Positions 22,858 through 31,975 of a stretch of DNA of 32,000 nucleotides are shown in pieces. A model generated the notes under the pieces. The model saw nothing but the letters and a program-made list of their open reading frames with translations. It was not told the origin of the DNA and did not search any database. Each line of letters starts with the position of its first letter. Position 1 is the stretch's first letter. The translations under genes and the position numbers were made by a program. This stretch comes from Candidatus Micrarchaeum sp. (GTDB taxonomy: Archaea; Micrarchaeota; Micrarchaeia; Micrarchaeales; Micrarchaeaceae), in NCBI RefSeq assembly GCF_016806735.1, contig NZ_CP060530.1:957839-989838 (forward strand). The letters are read 5' to 3'.

Positions 22858-23019
22858 TTATTTGTTGCTTGCGAACTCCTTCTTGCTCACGTGCCTGTGA
22901 AGTATTATGTCGTACTTGTAGCACCTTGAGCTGCAGTAATAGTTGATCTTGCCAGTCCTAAAGACATAGGCTGTTCCAGTGCCTTTGGGGATTTCCTTCG
23001 AGCAGTAAGAGCATTTCAT
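22858..23019 (-). CDS. rpl24e: 50S ribosomal protein L24e (eL24)
   Basis: 53 aa, below the track cut-off: MKCSYCSKEIPKGTGTAYVFRTGKINYYCSSRCYKYDIILHRHVSKKEFASNK. It shows the typical C-x2-C...C-x3-C L24e pattern and the conserved L7Ae-S28e-L24e order. Confidence 0.85.
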   Translation of the reverse strand: MKCSYCSKEIPKGTGTAYVFRTGKINYYCSSRCYKYDIILHRHVSKKEFASNK

Positions 23020-23023
23020 AGGA

Positions 23024-23332
23024 TCACTTTACCTTTATTTCCCTTGCTTCCCTGCTCGTGTCAGGCAGCCTTATAACGTCGCCGACCTTTATCGGGCCGA
23101 TTTCGTTCCTCCTTATTATCCTGCCCTTGTCCTTGCCCTCAAGGATCCTGCACGTGACCTGGTATACCTCTCCGTACATCCCGGTTTTTACCTTGTTGTT
23201 TATTTCTACGATTTCCGCAAGGAATCCAGAGAACTGCATTGCTGGCCTTGATGGCCCCTGGTTTGATGGGGCTGCTGGCGCCTGAGCCGGCGTGCTTGGT
23301 GCATTTGCAGGTTTTTCTTCCATTAACATCAC
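23024..23332 (-). CDS. rps28e: 30S ribosomal protein S28e (eS28), possibly with about 30-aa P/A-rich N-terminal extension
   Basis: Core sequence TGMYGEVYQVTCRILEGKDKGRIIRRNEIGPIKVGDVIRLPDTSREAREI. An alternative start is at 23239 (MQFSG). The upstream 93 nt are GC-rich and in-frame, which favours the long form. Confidence 0.85.
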   Translation of the reverse strand: MMLMEEKPANAPSTPAQAPAAPSNQGPSRPAMQFSGFLAEIVEINNKVKTGMYGEVYQVTCRILEGKDKGRIIRRNEIGPIKVGDVIRLPDTSREAREIKVK

Positions 23333-23348
23333 TTCATTGGAGCTTCAG

Positions 23349-23876
23349 TCATTCCTCTGACTTCTCCTCCTTTGGCTCTTCTTTCTTCTCTTCCTTCTTT
23401 TCCTCCTTATGCTCTGGCTTGTGCTCCTCTTTGTGCTCTGGCTTTGCTTCGGCTTTCGGCTCCTCCTTCTTCTCTGCCTTTGCCTCCTGCTTTGGCTCAG
23501 CCTTTGCCTTCTGCGAGGTTCCTGTTGTCTTGGAGATTATGTCCTTTATCGCCTGGGATGCGCTTCCCTGGGATTCTACCGCTATGGCCGCGCACTGCAC
23601 CGTGAGCCCTATGGACTTGCCAAGCTCAAGCTTGCTTGGAACGTATGAAAAAGGTATCTTCTTCTGCTCGCAGAGCTGAGGTATGTGCATCGCAATCTCT
23701 TCAGGCTCTATGTCCTCTGCAAGGACTACGAATGTTGCAGAGCCCCTTTCTACACTCTTTGTCACTTCGTTTATGCCCTTTCTGAGCTTGCCTGACTGCT
23801 TTGCCATCTGCATTGCTTCGTATGTCTTTGAAGCCACATCCTTGGATACTTCGAACTTCACGTAAGATTTTGCCAT
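23349..23876 (-). CDS. rpl7ae: 50S ribosomal protein L7Ae (eL8 family) with about 55-aa K/E-rich C-terminal tail
   Basis: The N-terminal 120 aa contain KLRKGINEVTKSVERG.ATFVVLAEDIEPEEI..HIP.LCE.K.IP...V.SK..LG. The tail is AKAEPKQEAKAEKKEEPKAEAKPEHKEEHKPEHKEEKKEEKKEEPKEEKSEE. Confidence 0.9.
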   Translation of the reverse strand: MAKSYVKFEVSKDVASKTYEAMQMAKQSGKLRKGINEVTKSVERGSATFVVLAEDIEPEEIAMHIPQLCEQKKIPFSYVPSKLELGKSIGLTVQCAAIAVESQGSASQAIKDIISKTTGTSQKAKAEPKQEAKAEKKEEPKAEAKPEHKEEHKPEHKEEKKEEKKEEPKEEKSEE

Positions 23877-23944
23877 TTAAAACACCGTCGGTTTACACTT
23901 CATCCAGTATATGAAGAGTTTGTAGTTAATATTTTGATATAATC

Positions 23945-24280
23945 TTATTTAAAGCTTTCTGAATTCTTTACCATACTTTCCTTTCTCAGCTTTGACATCA
24001 GCCTTTTGGCAGCCGGCGCATAGACAGCGTCGAAAAGCTTTGACTCGATGTAGTACACTATTGGGAGTGTGGCTATTAGTGCCGCAGTTTGAATCGCTAT
24101 ATTGGCATAGTGCAGTGTTGCCAGATTCACCTGCAGGCTCAGCGCATGACTGCTGAAATATGAATAATTTAGCCTTTCGGATATTGGCCCTGCAACCAGC
24201 TCCGCAGGGACTGCTTCTGCCAGCGTTATGTCCGCTATTATCAGGCGCTCTATGTTGCTGTGCCTTTTCGACTTCTGCAT
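23945..24280 (-). CDS. hypothetical protein
   Basis: 111-aa ORF with one hydrophobic segment. A TATA-like TTTTATATATT is centred about 26 nt upstream of the ATG (24301-24311). The overlapping frame 23949..24290 has an implausible composition. Confidence 0.4.
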   Translation of the reverse strand: MQKSKRHSNIERLIIADITLAEAVPAELVAGPISERLNYSYFSSHALSLQVNLATLHYANIAIQTAALIATLPIVYYIESKLFDAVYAPAAKRLMSKLRKESMVKNSESFK

Positions 24281-24385
24281 AAACAGCCATCGTCGGACAT
24301 AATATATAAAAGTATCAGCTTATCCACTTGGAAAGCCTTCGGCTCTTATTGTCATGCATTTATAGCCTGACGGGCCCTTCCCGCG

Positions 24386-26578
24386 TCAGGACATGAATTG
24401 GTCTGGAGTCGGCGGCTCTGGGTTCTGGCCCTTACGCTGCCTTATTTCTCTGACTACCTTGTTCTGCAGTTCTGTTGGCAGCTTTTCATAGCCTGCGAAC
24501 TCGGTGTACCATATAGCCCTTCCCTGCGTAAGACCCCTCAGATCATTGGAGAAGCCCTTGAGCGTCTCGGCTACAGGCATCTTGGCCACTATGGAAACCT
24601 GTTCGTTCTCCTGCGTAACGCTGACTACCTGTCCGCGCTTGCTCTGTACAAATGTTATTACTCCGGACATGTATTCCTGAGGTATGTTTATTGTAAAGTT
24701 CTGCTTCGGCTCGTAGAGCATTACACCGGCAGTAAGCATTCCGGCGTATACCGCGTTCCTTATCGCAGGTATTATCTGGGCAGGGCCCCTGTGCACCGGG
24801 TCTTCGTGTATGGTTGCATCGACAACGCTGACCAGCACTCCGGAACATCTCTCCCTTGCCAGCGGCCCGTCCTTTACGGCCTCCCTGAATCCGTCTATCA
24901 GAAGCTCCATCACTTCGTTCATGTATTGCACTCCGTGCGTCACGTCGGCGAGCATGCACTTGTTCGAAACGTCCTCCACGTTCTTGGCAATGAGCCTGTC
25001 AAGGCCTGCAGCAACCATGGCTTCTATCGCCGCCTGGCCCTTTGGCTTTCCTTCCCTTATGGTTCCCTCGTCGATTGCGTTCTGGACGCCTTCTGGAAGA
25101 GGCTCCACAGTAACGTAGAACTTTGAATGCTTGTTTGGCGTTTTTCCTTCTATAGGTCCGGCCTTGCTGGTTATCGTCTCCCTGTATATCACTATCGGCG
25201 GGCTCGTTATTATCGGTATCTTGAACTCGTCCCTGAGCTTTGTCTCTATTACTTCCAGGTGAAGTTCGCCCATTCCGCTGACCAGATGCTCTCCGGTCTG
25301 CTGGTTTATCTCTGTGAGTATCGTCGGATCCTGCTTTGAGAGCTCCCTGAGCGCTTCTATAAGCTTGGTAGTGTCTCTTGAATCCTCTGCCTCTACGGCT
25401 TTTGTTACAACAGGCTTTGAGTAGTGGGTTATCTGCTCGAACGGGTCTATTATTCCTGTGCTAAGCGTGTCGCCTATGCTAACGTCCTTTAGCCCTATAA
25501 GCGCGGCTATATTCCCTGCAGGTATGGCGTCTACCTGAACCCTGTCAGGGCCCATGTATATGCCCACCTGCTGTATCTTCTGGGTATTGGCTAGCCCTGA
25601 TATGTGGAGCTCTGTGCCCTTCTTTGCTACTCCTGAGAATACCCTTCCGACAGGCACTTCGCCGCTGTGCGGATCGTATACCATGTTGAATACAACTATG
25701 TTGGTGTTTGCCGATGCATCGGTGTTGAGCATGGACTTGCCATCTGGCGATTCCAGGTCTCCGTGCCATATCTGAGGTATTCTGTACCTCTGAGCTACGT
25801 GCGGGCTCGGAAGGTGCTCTATCATCATTATAAGTGTTGACTCGTCTATAGGAGCCACTTCCTGCAGCTTCTTCTCGTCCCCGGCAGCAGTAAGCGCGAA
25901 TATGTCCTTGAATGTGACCTTGTACTTGTCCATTATGGGCTTTGATATCGCCCACTTCTTTGCGGCGGATCCGAAGGCAACGCTTCCTTTTTCCACGCTG
26001 ACCTGCCATTTTTCCGCGAATTCCTCAGGGGCGAATTGCGATATGAGCTTGTTAATGTCGTTTATGAGCTTGAGCAGCCTCTCGAATGTTTGCTCCGGCG
26101 TTAGCCTGAGCTCTGTCAGAAGCCTGTCGACTTTGTTGACGAAAAGAACCGGCTTTGCCTTTTCTTTCAGCGCCTGCCTTAGCACGGTTTCTGTTTGCGG
26201 CATGACCCCTTCCACAGGATCGACCACCAGCACTACTCCGTCAACTGCGCGCATTGACCTGGTTACGTGCCCTCCGAAATCGACGTGACCCGGAGTGTCT
26301 ATCAGGTTTATTATGTAGTCCTTTTCGTTGTATACGAAGCCCAAGGATATGTTTGCCGACTTTATCGTCATCCTCCTGTCCTTTTCTATAGCTTCATAGT
26401 TGGTATATAATACGTCTCCGGCTACTGCCTTTGATATTAATCCGGCCCTCGCCAATAGCGAGTCGGTAAGCGTTGTCTTGCCATGGTGAACGTGCGCTAT
26501 TATGGCCACGTTCCTGATGTTGTCCAGGTCGCTCATTATTTTGGTTATTTCTTCCACTACGTATTCTTTCCTTACCAT
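24386..26578 (-). CDS. fusA: translation elongation factor 2 (aEF-2)
   Basis: 730 aa with AHVHHGKTTLTD, DTPGHVDF, NKVDR and the diphthamide-site region HEDPVHRGPAQ. Confidence 0.97.
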   Translation of the reverse strand: MVRKEYVVEEITKIMSDLDNIRNVAIIAHVHHGKTTLTDSLLARAGLISKAVAGDVLYTNYEAIEKDRRMTIKSANISLGFVYNEKDYIINLIDTPGHVDFGGHVTRSMRAVDGVVLVVDPVEGVMPQTETVLRQALKEKAKPVLFVNKVDRLLTELRLTPEQTFERLLKLINDINKLISQFAPEEFAEKWQVSVEKGSVAFGSAAKKWAISKPIMDKYKVTFKDIFALTAAGDEKKLQEVAPIDESTLIMMIEHLPSPHVAQRYRIPQIWHGDLESPDGKSMLNTDASANTNIVVFNMVYDPHSGEVPVGRVFSGVAKKGTELHISGLANTQKIQQVGIYMGPDRVQVDAIPAGNIAALIGLKDVSIGDTLSTGIIDPFEQITHYSKPVVTKAVEAEDSRDTTKLIEALRELSKQDPTILTEINQQTGEHLVSGMGELHLEVIETKLRDEFKIPIITSPPIVIYRETITSKAGPIEGKTPNKHSKFYVTVEPLPEGVQNAIDEGTIREGKPKGQAAIEAMVAAGLDRLIAKNVEDVSNKCMLADVTHGVQYMNEVMELLIDGFREAVKDGPLARERCSGVLVSVVDATIHEDPVHRGPAQIIPAIRNAVYAGMLTAGVMLYEPKQNFTINIPQEYMSGVITFVQSKRGQVVSVTQENEQVSIVAKMPVAETLKGFSNDLRGLTQGRAIWYTEFAGYEKLPTELQNKVVREIRQRKGQNPEPPTPDQFMS

Positions 26579-26591
26579 TGCAAAACACCGA

Positions 26592-27308
26592 TTACTTCGC
26601 GCTCCTTGCCATGCGCTCTATTTCGTTTTTCCTCTTTAGTGCGTAGCTGTTTATGTCGTTGTTCGCAGCAAGCACTATCTCGTTGGCCAGAGCTTCTGAA
26701 ATTGTTTTCTTGTTGTTGAATGCGCCTATTATCGAAGCAGTAGATATGTTCCTAAGCGCCGTATCAAGGCGCCTGCTGGCGCTTATGTCCACAGGTATGT
26801 TTGAAACCGTGCCTCCCTGCCTTATCCTTGTAGTATCTTCTATTGGCGCGCTGTTCTCAAGCGCCCTGATGAATACTTCCAAAGGATTCTGCTTGGTCTG
26901 ATCGTTGACTATATCGAAGGCGTTCTCCACTATGTGCATTACCTTTAGCTTCTTGCCCTGCAATCTTCCTTCGGTTCTTATTACGCGGCCGCCTACCTTC
27001 TTTCCGGTGCCGCCCCTCATGAGCGCGTTCTCCAGCCTTTCGACTATGTTTATGTTGGCCTTGGAAAACATCTTCTTGCTCGTGCGCCTGTATGAGCTCG
27101 GGAATTCCTCCGGGCTGAGGCTTATGTAGTTCTTAAGGCTTAGGTCCTGTATTTCGACGTTGTAGCCATACTTGTTGAAAAGCCTGTGCTCGGTGCTGGA
27201 AGAGGATGAAGCGACAGCCTTGCGCTTTGGCGCTGCCTTCTTCTTTGCAGGCTTCTTCTGCTCTTTTCTGTGCTCTTCCTTGATTTCTTCTTCTGCCATA
27301 AAAATCAT
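26592..27308 (-). CDS. rps7: 30S ribosomal protein S7 (uS7) with about 40-aa E/K-rich N-terminal extension
   Basis: The core has NALMRGG..GKK, a VENA...V-type stretch and IARELANE-like ALANEIVLAANND. The start region overlaps the S12 stop. The start may be the MAEEE ATG at 27299. Confidence 0.92.
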   Translation of the reverse strand: MIFMAEEEIKEEHRKEQKKPAKKKAAPKRKAVASSSSSTEHRLFNKYGYNVEIQDLSLKNYISLSPEEFPSSYRRTSKKMFSKANINIVERLENALMRGGTGKKVGGRVIRTEGRLQGKKLKVMHIVENAFDIVNDQTKQNPLEVFIRALENSAPIEDTTRIRQGGTVSNIPVDISASRRLDTALRNISTASIIGAFNNKKTISEALANEIVLAANNDINSYALKRKNEIERMARSAK

Positions 27309-27733
27309 CTCTTAGGCTTCTCCTTCTTGCCCTTTATAATCTGGACCATGTTGGCTCCGTTGACTTCTACCACTTTGTATTTCATGCCAGGTATGCAGCC
27401 CATCTGGCCCCTCTGCGAGCCTCCGAGCCCCTCTATTGTGACTTCGTCGTGCTCGTCTATGTAGTTTACTGCTCCGTCGCCAGGCACGAAAGCTCCGACA
27501 ACCTTGCCGTTCTTTATGAGCTGGACCCTTACGCATTTTATCTGCCCAGAGTGCGGCTGCTTCTGCTCGACTGCGAACTTCTGCAGAACCAGACCCTTGG
27601 CCCTTGGAACTGTGCCCATAGGGTCGTATTTCTGCTTAAGCTTTAGCTTCTTTCTCTTGAGCCATTTCTTCAGCAAGCGCTGATGCTTTCTCTGCTTCAC
27701 AAGTTTTCTAGCGGCAAATTCTCCATTAGGCAA
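27305..27733 (-). CDS. rps12: 30S ribosomal protein S12 (uS12)
   Basis: 142 aa with QPHSGQIKCVRVQLIKNGK...AFVPGDGA...DEHDEV.IEG.GG. Confidence 0.95.
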   Translation of the reverse strand: MPNGEFAARKLVKQRKHQRLLKKWLKRKKLKLKQKYDPMGTVPRAKGLVLQKFAVEQKQPHSGQIKCVRVQLIKNGKVVGAFVPGDGAVNYIDEHDEVTIEGLGGSQRGQMGCIPGMKYKVVEVNGANMVQIIKGKKEKPKR

Positions 27734-27747
27734 ATTATCCCCTTAGT

Positions 27748-28050
27748 TTATTTTTTATCCCTTTTAAGTATGTTTGAGTTTCCCTCTTCTATCACTGAAA
27801 CTGCTGACACCGAGAACGGCTTTCCGCACACTGCTCCTAGCTCCATAGGATTGCCCTCGAATATTTCCATGGGCACGTTGGCTACTTTGGCCATGTGCGC
27901 TATGTCCTGCATCGTGCTCTCCTTGTTTTTCGAAGCCACAACTATGAGCTTTGCCTTTGCATCCCTGAGCGATTTTATGACGCTGTTAAGACCCAGTGCC
28001 GTGACTCCGCTGTCAACTGCGAGCCTGATTTCGCTTGATAAATCTGCCAT
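27748..28050 (-). CDS. rpl30e: 50S ribosomal protein L30e (eL30)
   Basis: The 100-aa form starting MADLSSEIRLAVDSG aligns end to end with the recalled L30e pattern (AKLIVVA.N, ELG...GKP..VS..AV). The track start at 28095 adds 15 non-homologous residues. Confidence 0.85.
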   Translation of the reverse strand: MADLSSEIRLAVDSGVTALGLNSVIKSLRDAKAKLIVVASKNKESTMQDIAHMAKVANVPMEIFEGNPMELGAVCGKPFSVSAVSVIEEGNSNILKRDKK

Positions 28051-28354
28051 CGTTATCAACTTTTGTGCTGTGCATACTGCAGAATAGCACCGCAAGAAAC
28101 CCGTAGGTACTACTGCAGCCTTGGTATAGCAGTATATTTAAAATAGGAAAGATATATATAAGCTATCCCTAGCTTTTGGCACTTTGGCTATAGAGGAACT
28201 TTTTCGCTGCGATTTATGCATGGCCCGTATACAACAGGGACCGCAGTCGCACCAAACCAGTGATGCCATGCACTTCCGGAAGCACAACGGATAAGAAACT
28301 TTAAATAGATTGCAGAAACAACTAAATACGCTTAATTTTGCATATGTGTTTAGT

Positions 28355-29806
28355 ATGGAAGCCAAGGAATCCTATGACATAATAGTAGCAGGAGCAGGCA
28401 TGGCTGGAAATCTTGCTGCAGCCATTGCAGCGAAGAAAGGTCGCAGCGTATTGCTTTTGGACAGGAACGACCCTGACAATGTAGGAAGGAAGAACAACTG
28501 GGGCTGGACATGCGGCGATGCCGTAGCCGGGTCGCACCTGGACTTCATAACATCAAAGACAGGGATATCGTTCTCCAAGCCCGAGCTTGACATAAAGGTC
28601 GACGGAGTGTACGCGCTTTCGCCGGATCTGGAATCCAAATACCTTTTCGACGGCGTAGGATACGTTTTGGACAGGCCGGAATTTGAAAGGAAGCTCAGGG
28701 ACATCGCAATAAAGAACGGAGCCAACTATGTCACGCAATTTGAGGTCGAAGGGCCTGTTCTGGAAGACAACAAAGTGGCGGGAATATTCGGCAAGGACAA
28801 GGAAAAGAATCACACCATATACAAGTCAAAGATAGTGATAGACGCACTGGGAATATCCACAGTCCTGAGAAGGCGCCTTCCCGACAACAAGTTTGTGGAA
28901 AAGAACGTCGACATAGACGACATAGAGTCAACCGGAAGATACATTATAGAATTCGAGCTTGATCATGAGGACGAAAGGTACTATGATCCGAAAAATGCGC
29001 TCATACACCTGAACCAGACAATGGCACCAGGAGGATACGGATGGGTATTCCCGAAGAGCGACGGAAAGATGAACATAGGCCTGGGAGTCCAGAAGAGGAG
29101 CCTTGACATAAGGAACAAAGCATTAAACAGGAACGACACGCTGCAGAACCTTATAGACCAATATATAGCTTGGAATCCGGTCATAAAGAACAAGGAGTAC
29201 AAGCTCTTCAACAAGGACAACAACGGCAAGGGCATATGGTCCGTAGCTGTAAGGAGGCAGATGGAAAGCTTGGTATATGATGGCTACATGGGCGCCGGAG
29301 ACAGCATGGTAATGCCGAATCCGATAAGCGCAGGAGGCATAGGGCCGGCGCTTGTATCCGGAATACTTGCAGGAGAAAATGCAGCCAGGGCGATAGAAGA
29401 AAACGACACCAGCGTCAAAAGCCTGTGGCAATACAACATAGATTTCAACAAGGAATACGGATACAAGACGGCAGGATTGGAAGTTTTCAGGATTTACATG
29501 CAGTCGCTCAACAACGACGTGCTGAATTACGGGATAAAGAATTTCCTGAGCGTCAAGGAGGCCAACCAGCTGGCTTTGGGCATGATGCCAGAGCTAAGCC
29601 TTGCATCCAAGTTCTCGATAGCATTGAAGGGCGCAAAGAACATAAACGCTTTCAGGGAGCTGCTTTATGCAGTCAACAAGATGAAGGAGCTCAATGCCAT
29701 TTACATGCAATACCCGAAAAGCCCAGAGGAATTCGAGCAGTGGCGCAAGAGGGTAGATAAGAGCATGCATGAGGCCAAGGAAAGGTTCAAGCCAAACCCA
29801 ATATGA
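28355..29806 (+). CDS. FAD-dependent oxidoreductase, geranylgeranyl reductase family
   Basis: Has the YDIIVAGAGMAGN...LLLDRN dinucleotide fold, a TCGDAV motif and GD....P..AGGI. It is about 484 aa from the first ATG; the track start is a TTG. The C-terminal extension is about 80-90 aa longer than typical family members. Confidence 0.75.
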   Translation: MEAKESYDIIVAGAGMAGNLAAAIAAKKGRSVLLLDRNDPDNVGRKNNWGWTCGDAVAGSHLDFITSKTGISFSKPELDIKVDGVYALSPDLESKYLFDGVGYVLDRPEFERKLRDIAIKNGANYVTQFEVEGPVLEDNKVAGIFGKDKEKNHTIYKSKIVIDALGISTVLRRRLPDNKFVEKNVDIDDIESTGRYIIEFELDHEDERYYDPKNALIHLNQTMAPGGYGWVFPKSDGKMNIGLGVQKRSLDIRNKALNRNDTLQNLIDQYIAWNPVIKNKEYKLFNKDNNGKGIWSVAVRRQMESLVYDGYMGAGDSMVMPNPISAGGIGPALVSGILAGENAARAIEENDTSVKSLWQYNIDFNKEYGYKTAGLEVFRIYMQSLNNDVLNYGIKNFLSVKEANQLALGMMPELSLASKFSIALKGAKNINAFRELLYAVNKMKELNAIYMQYPKSPEEFEQWRKRVDKSMHEAKERFKPNPI

Positions 29807-29816
29807 TGGTGTACCA

Positions 29817-29996
29817 ATGCCAATGCAAGAATATACAAAATTTGAAAAAGCAAGAGTGGTTGGAGCAAGGGCGCTCCAGCTTGCGCACGGCGCGCCGCCT
29901 CTTATAAAGGTGCCCGAAGGCATAACCGAGCCGCTAGATCTTGCGGAGATAGAATTTGAAAAAGGAGTAATACCCATAACGATAATCAGGGACTGA
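29817..29996 (+). CDS. rpoK: DNA-directed RNA polymerase subunit K (Rpo6)
   Basis: YTKFEKARVVGARALQLAHGAPPLI...DLAEIEFEKGVIPITIIR. The start is set at the MPMQEY ATG, after the upstream gene's stop at 29806. Confidence 0.85.
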   Translation: MPMQEYTKFEKARVVGARALQLAHGAPPLIKVPEGITEPLDLAEIEFEKGVIPITIIRD

Positions 29997-30777
29997 TCTT
30001 TTTCTTCTTCCCTCTTTTTGTGTTATCGGATTCGTAGCTTGAGCTCAGAGTTTTTACTTTTCCCATGTATATCCCGTCTATAGAGTATACGTCCGCATTG
30101 GAATAGTCGAAAACTCCGTTCCTGAACAACGGGCTTATGTTGTCCTCGTCTTTCCTTTCGGCGCCAACCGCAGTGCCAAGTATTAGCGGATTGAATGCTG
30201 GCATTACTACGAGCTTTTTTGCCTTGGACGAGGCGTAGAACCTTTTTGCAGCTTTCTCGTTTATATCGGCTATAAGCCATGCTTTTTCCGAATATATGCC
30301 GCCGTTTGGGTCTATTATCCTGACCGCAACGTGGTTGTGGCCCGTAATCAGGGCTTTCTTCGACATCGCAGCTTTTGATGGCCATTTGTTGCCATGCAGC
30401 AGAGCGTAGTCGCCGAGCATCATCTCATCCACCAGTTTTATGCCCATTATCTCGTCCATGTGCGCGTCGTGGTTTCCCCTCAGCGCCACCACTTCGAGAT
30501 TTGAGAGCGATTCTGCGAAATGCTTTATATCGTTCTGCCCCCAGGATTCCGGATAAAGTATGCTGTCCTTTATGTCCCCTAGAAGCACTATGCCTTTGGC
30601 CGAAAACGTGTCTGCAAGCGACAGAAGTTTCTTTGACATCTGCTCCCATAGGTTATAGATTTTTACGCCCTTGTCAGATATCCTGCGCTCCGCGCCTATG
30701 TGTATGTCGCCGATTACCAGCCATTCGCTGCGTTTTGCGCTTATCAGCAGCGCCGGCTCCCCGTATATGAAACGCAT
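29986..30777 (-). CDS. calcineurin-like metallophosphoesterase (archaeal SbcD/Mre11-related family)
   Basis: Contains the motifs GDIHIG, LLGDIKD, RGNHD and GHNH in canonical order. It overlaps the rpoK 3' end by 11 nt in convergent orientation. Confidence 0.8.
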   Translation of the reverse strand: MRFIYGEPALLISAKRSEWLVIGDIHIGAERRISDKGVKIYNLWEQMSKKLLSLADTFSAKGIVLLGDIKDSILYPESWGQNDIKHFAESLSNLEVVALRGNHDAHMDEIMGIKLVDEMMLGDYALLHGNKWPSKAAMSKKALITGHNHVAVRIIDPNGGIYSEKAWLIADINEKAAKRFYASSKAKKLVVMPAFNPLILGTAVGAERKDEDNISPLFRNGVFDYSNADVYSIDGIYMGKVKTLSSSYESDNTKRGKKKKISP

Positions 30778-30886
30778 GCCCTTGAAGTTGAGTTTTTCCG
30801 ACGTTCGAACATCCTAGGAGCCCATGCGACTCCCGATATAGCTTAGACACAGAAATATTATTATAGATAGGAACAGAAATGAATCT

Positions 30887-31975
30887 ATGGCAGGAGCTTC
30901 GCCAAACATAGGCAGCATTTACGGGATACCGATAGAGCTGCACTGGACCTTCATATTGATGATGCTGCTAGCCTTGGCCATAAGCGTGAACCTGTTCATA
31001 ATATTCGTTTTGCTTTTCGTTTGCGTATTCCTGCACGAGCTGGCACATTCCGTTACAGCAATAAGAAACAACATAAGCGTGAAAAAGATAATATTATACC
31101 CGCTTGGAGGCGGCTCGATGATAGACATGGACGAGGTACCCCCAAGGCTTGAATTCATGATAGCCATAGCAGGCCCAGTTTCAAGCTTCCTGCTTGCGTT
31201 CATTTTCGGCATAGCAGTCATATTCATACCTGCAGGGACTATTGAGCTTTTCGTGCAGCTTCTGTTCATACTAAACCTGCTGCTGGCCGTATTCAATATA
31301 CTGCCGTGGTTCCCCCTAGATGGCGGCAGGGTGCTCAGAAGCTGGCTGGAGAAGAAGAGGGATTTCCTTTCCGCAACAAAGCTTACAGTAAACATAAGCA
31401 ATGCGATAATAGTGCTGTTTGTCATAGGGACGATAGCCTTCGTGGCCGTCGAGAACGGGTATTCGCTGCTTTACAAGGAATTCATAGTGCTGTGGGACGT
31501 CTTCATTGCGGTGTTCCTTTATGGAGGGGCCAAGGCAGAACTTCAGGGAGCATATGTGAAGGAGTACACAAGCGGCATAAAGGTCAGCGCTGCCGTCAGC
31601 AAAAACTACACAATGCTTAAAGGAAGGCCTGAGCTGTACGATATTTACAAGGCAGTTATGAAAAGCCACACCCACATAGTCCTCTTCAGGGAGAACGGAA
31701 AGATTTACATCGTGTCGCGCCTTCCCAGAAGCATGCTGACCGGAGGCTCCATAAACAATATAGACGTGGGAAAGATCAGCATGCCGCTGAGCGAATTCGA
31801 TGCGAATGCGCAGATATACAGCGCATACAGCAAGATGCAGAGCGAGGGCACGAGCATAGCAGCGGTTATGAAAAGGGGCAGATTTGCTGGCATTGTGCAG
31901 ATGCAGCACATGGAATCGGTGATTTCGCTGCACTTGGCGCACACCAGGGGAAACTCTAAAAACGTTAAAGGCTAA
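30887..31975 (+). CDS. site-2 protease family (M50) zinc metalloprotease with C-terminal CBS pair
   Basis: HELAH lies in a TM helix, the NILPWFPLDGGRV motif is present, and the C-terminal 130 aa are CBS-like. Confidence 0.85.
   Translation: MAGASPNIGSIYGIPIELHWTFILMMLLALAISVNLFIIFVLLFVCVFLHELAHSVTAIRNNISVKKIILYPLGGGSMIDMDEVPPRLEFMIAIAGPVSSFLLAFIFGIAVIFIPAGTIELFVQLLFILNLLLAVFNILPWFPLDGGRVLRSWLEKKRDFLSATKLTVNISNAIIVLFVIGTIAFVAVENGYSLLYKEFIVLWDVFIAVFLYGGAKAELQGAYVKEYTSGIKVSAAVSKNYTMLKGRPELYDIYKAVMKSHTHIVLFRENGKIYIVSRLPRSMLTGGSINNIDVGKISMPLSEFDANAQIYSAYSKMQSEGTSIAAVMKRGRFAGIVQMQHMESVISLHLAHTRGNSKNVKG

Noticed and set aside
23239-23679. Plus-strand ORFs with Ser/Phe/Leu/Cys-rich low-complexity translations (23239..23679, 23372..23605, 23409..23648).
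   Set aside because: They are antisense shadows of the K/E-repeat tail of L7Ae and of S28e.
23949-24290. 113-aa ORF overlapping 23945..24280 in another frame.
   Set aside because: Its Cys/Arg/Gly-rich composition is unlike the proteins here. The other frame has a hydrophobic helix and a TATA box at leaderless distance.
24361-24391. Hairpin CCTGACG-N11-CGTCAGG overlapping the EF-2 stop codon, considered as a possible terminator.
   Set aside because: No oligo-U tract follows on the minus strand, and a 7-bp stem alone is weak evidence.
28221-28276. 8-bp inverted repeat TGCATGGC...GCCATGCA enclosing 40 nt in the L30e/reductase intergenic region. It superficially resembles an acceptor stem.
   Set aside because: The element is too short for a tRNA and has no internal arms or H/ACA or C/D boxes. 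An 8-bp inverted repeat at this spacing is expected by chance many times in 32 kb.
28138-28365. 75-aa minus-strand ORF in the L30e/reductase intergenic region.
   Set aside because: It is Cys-rich, spans promoter-like AT-rich DNA and overlaps the reductase start. Nothing supports it as coding.
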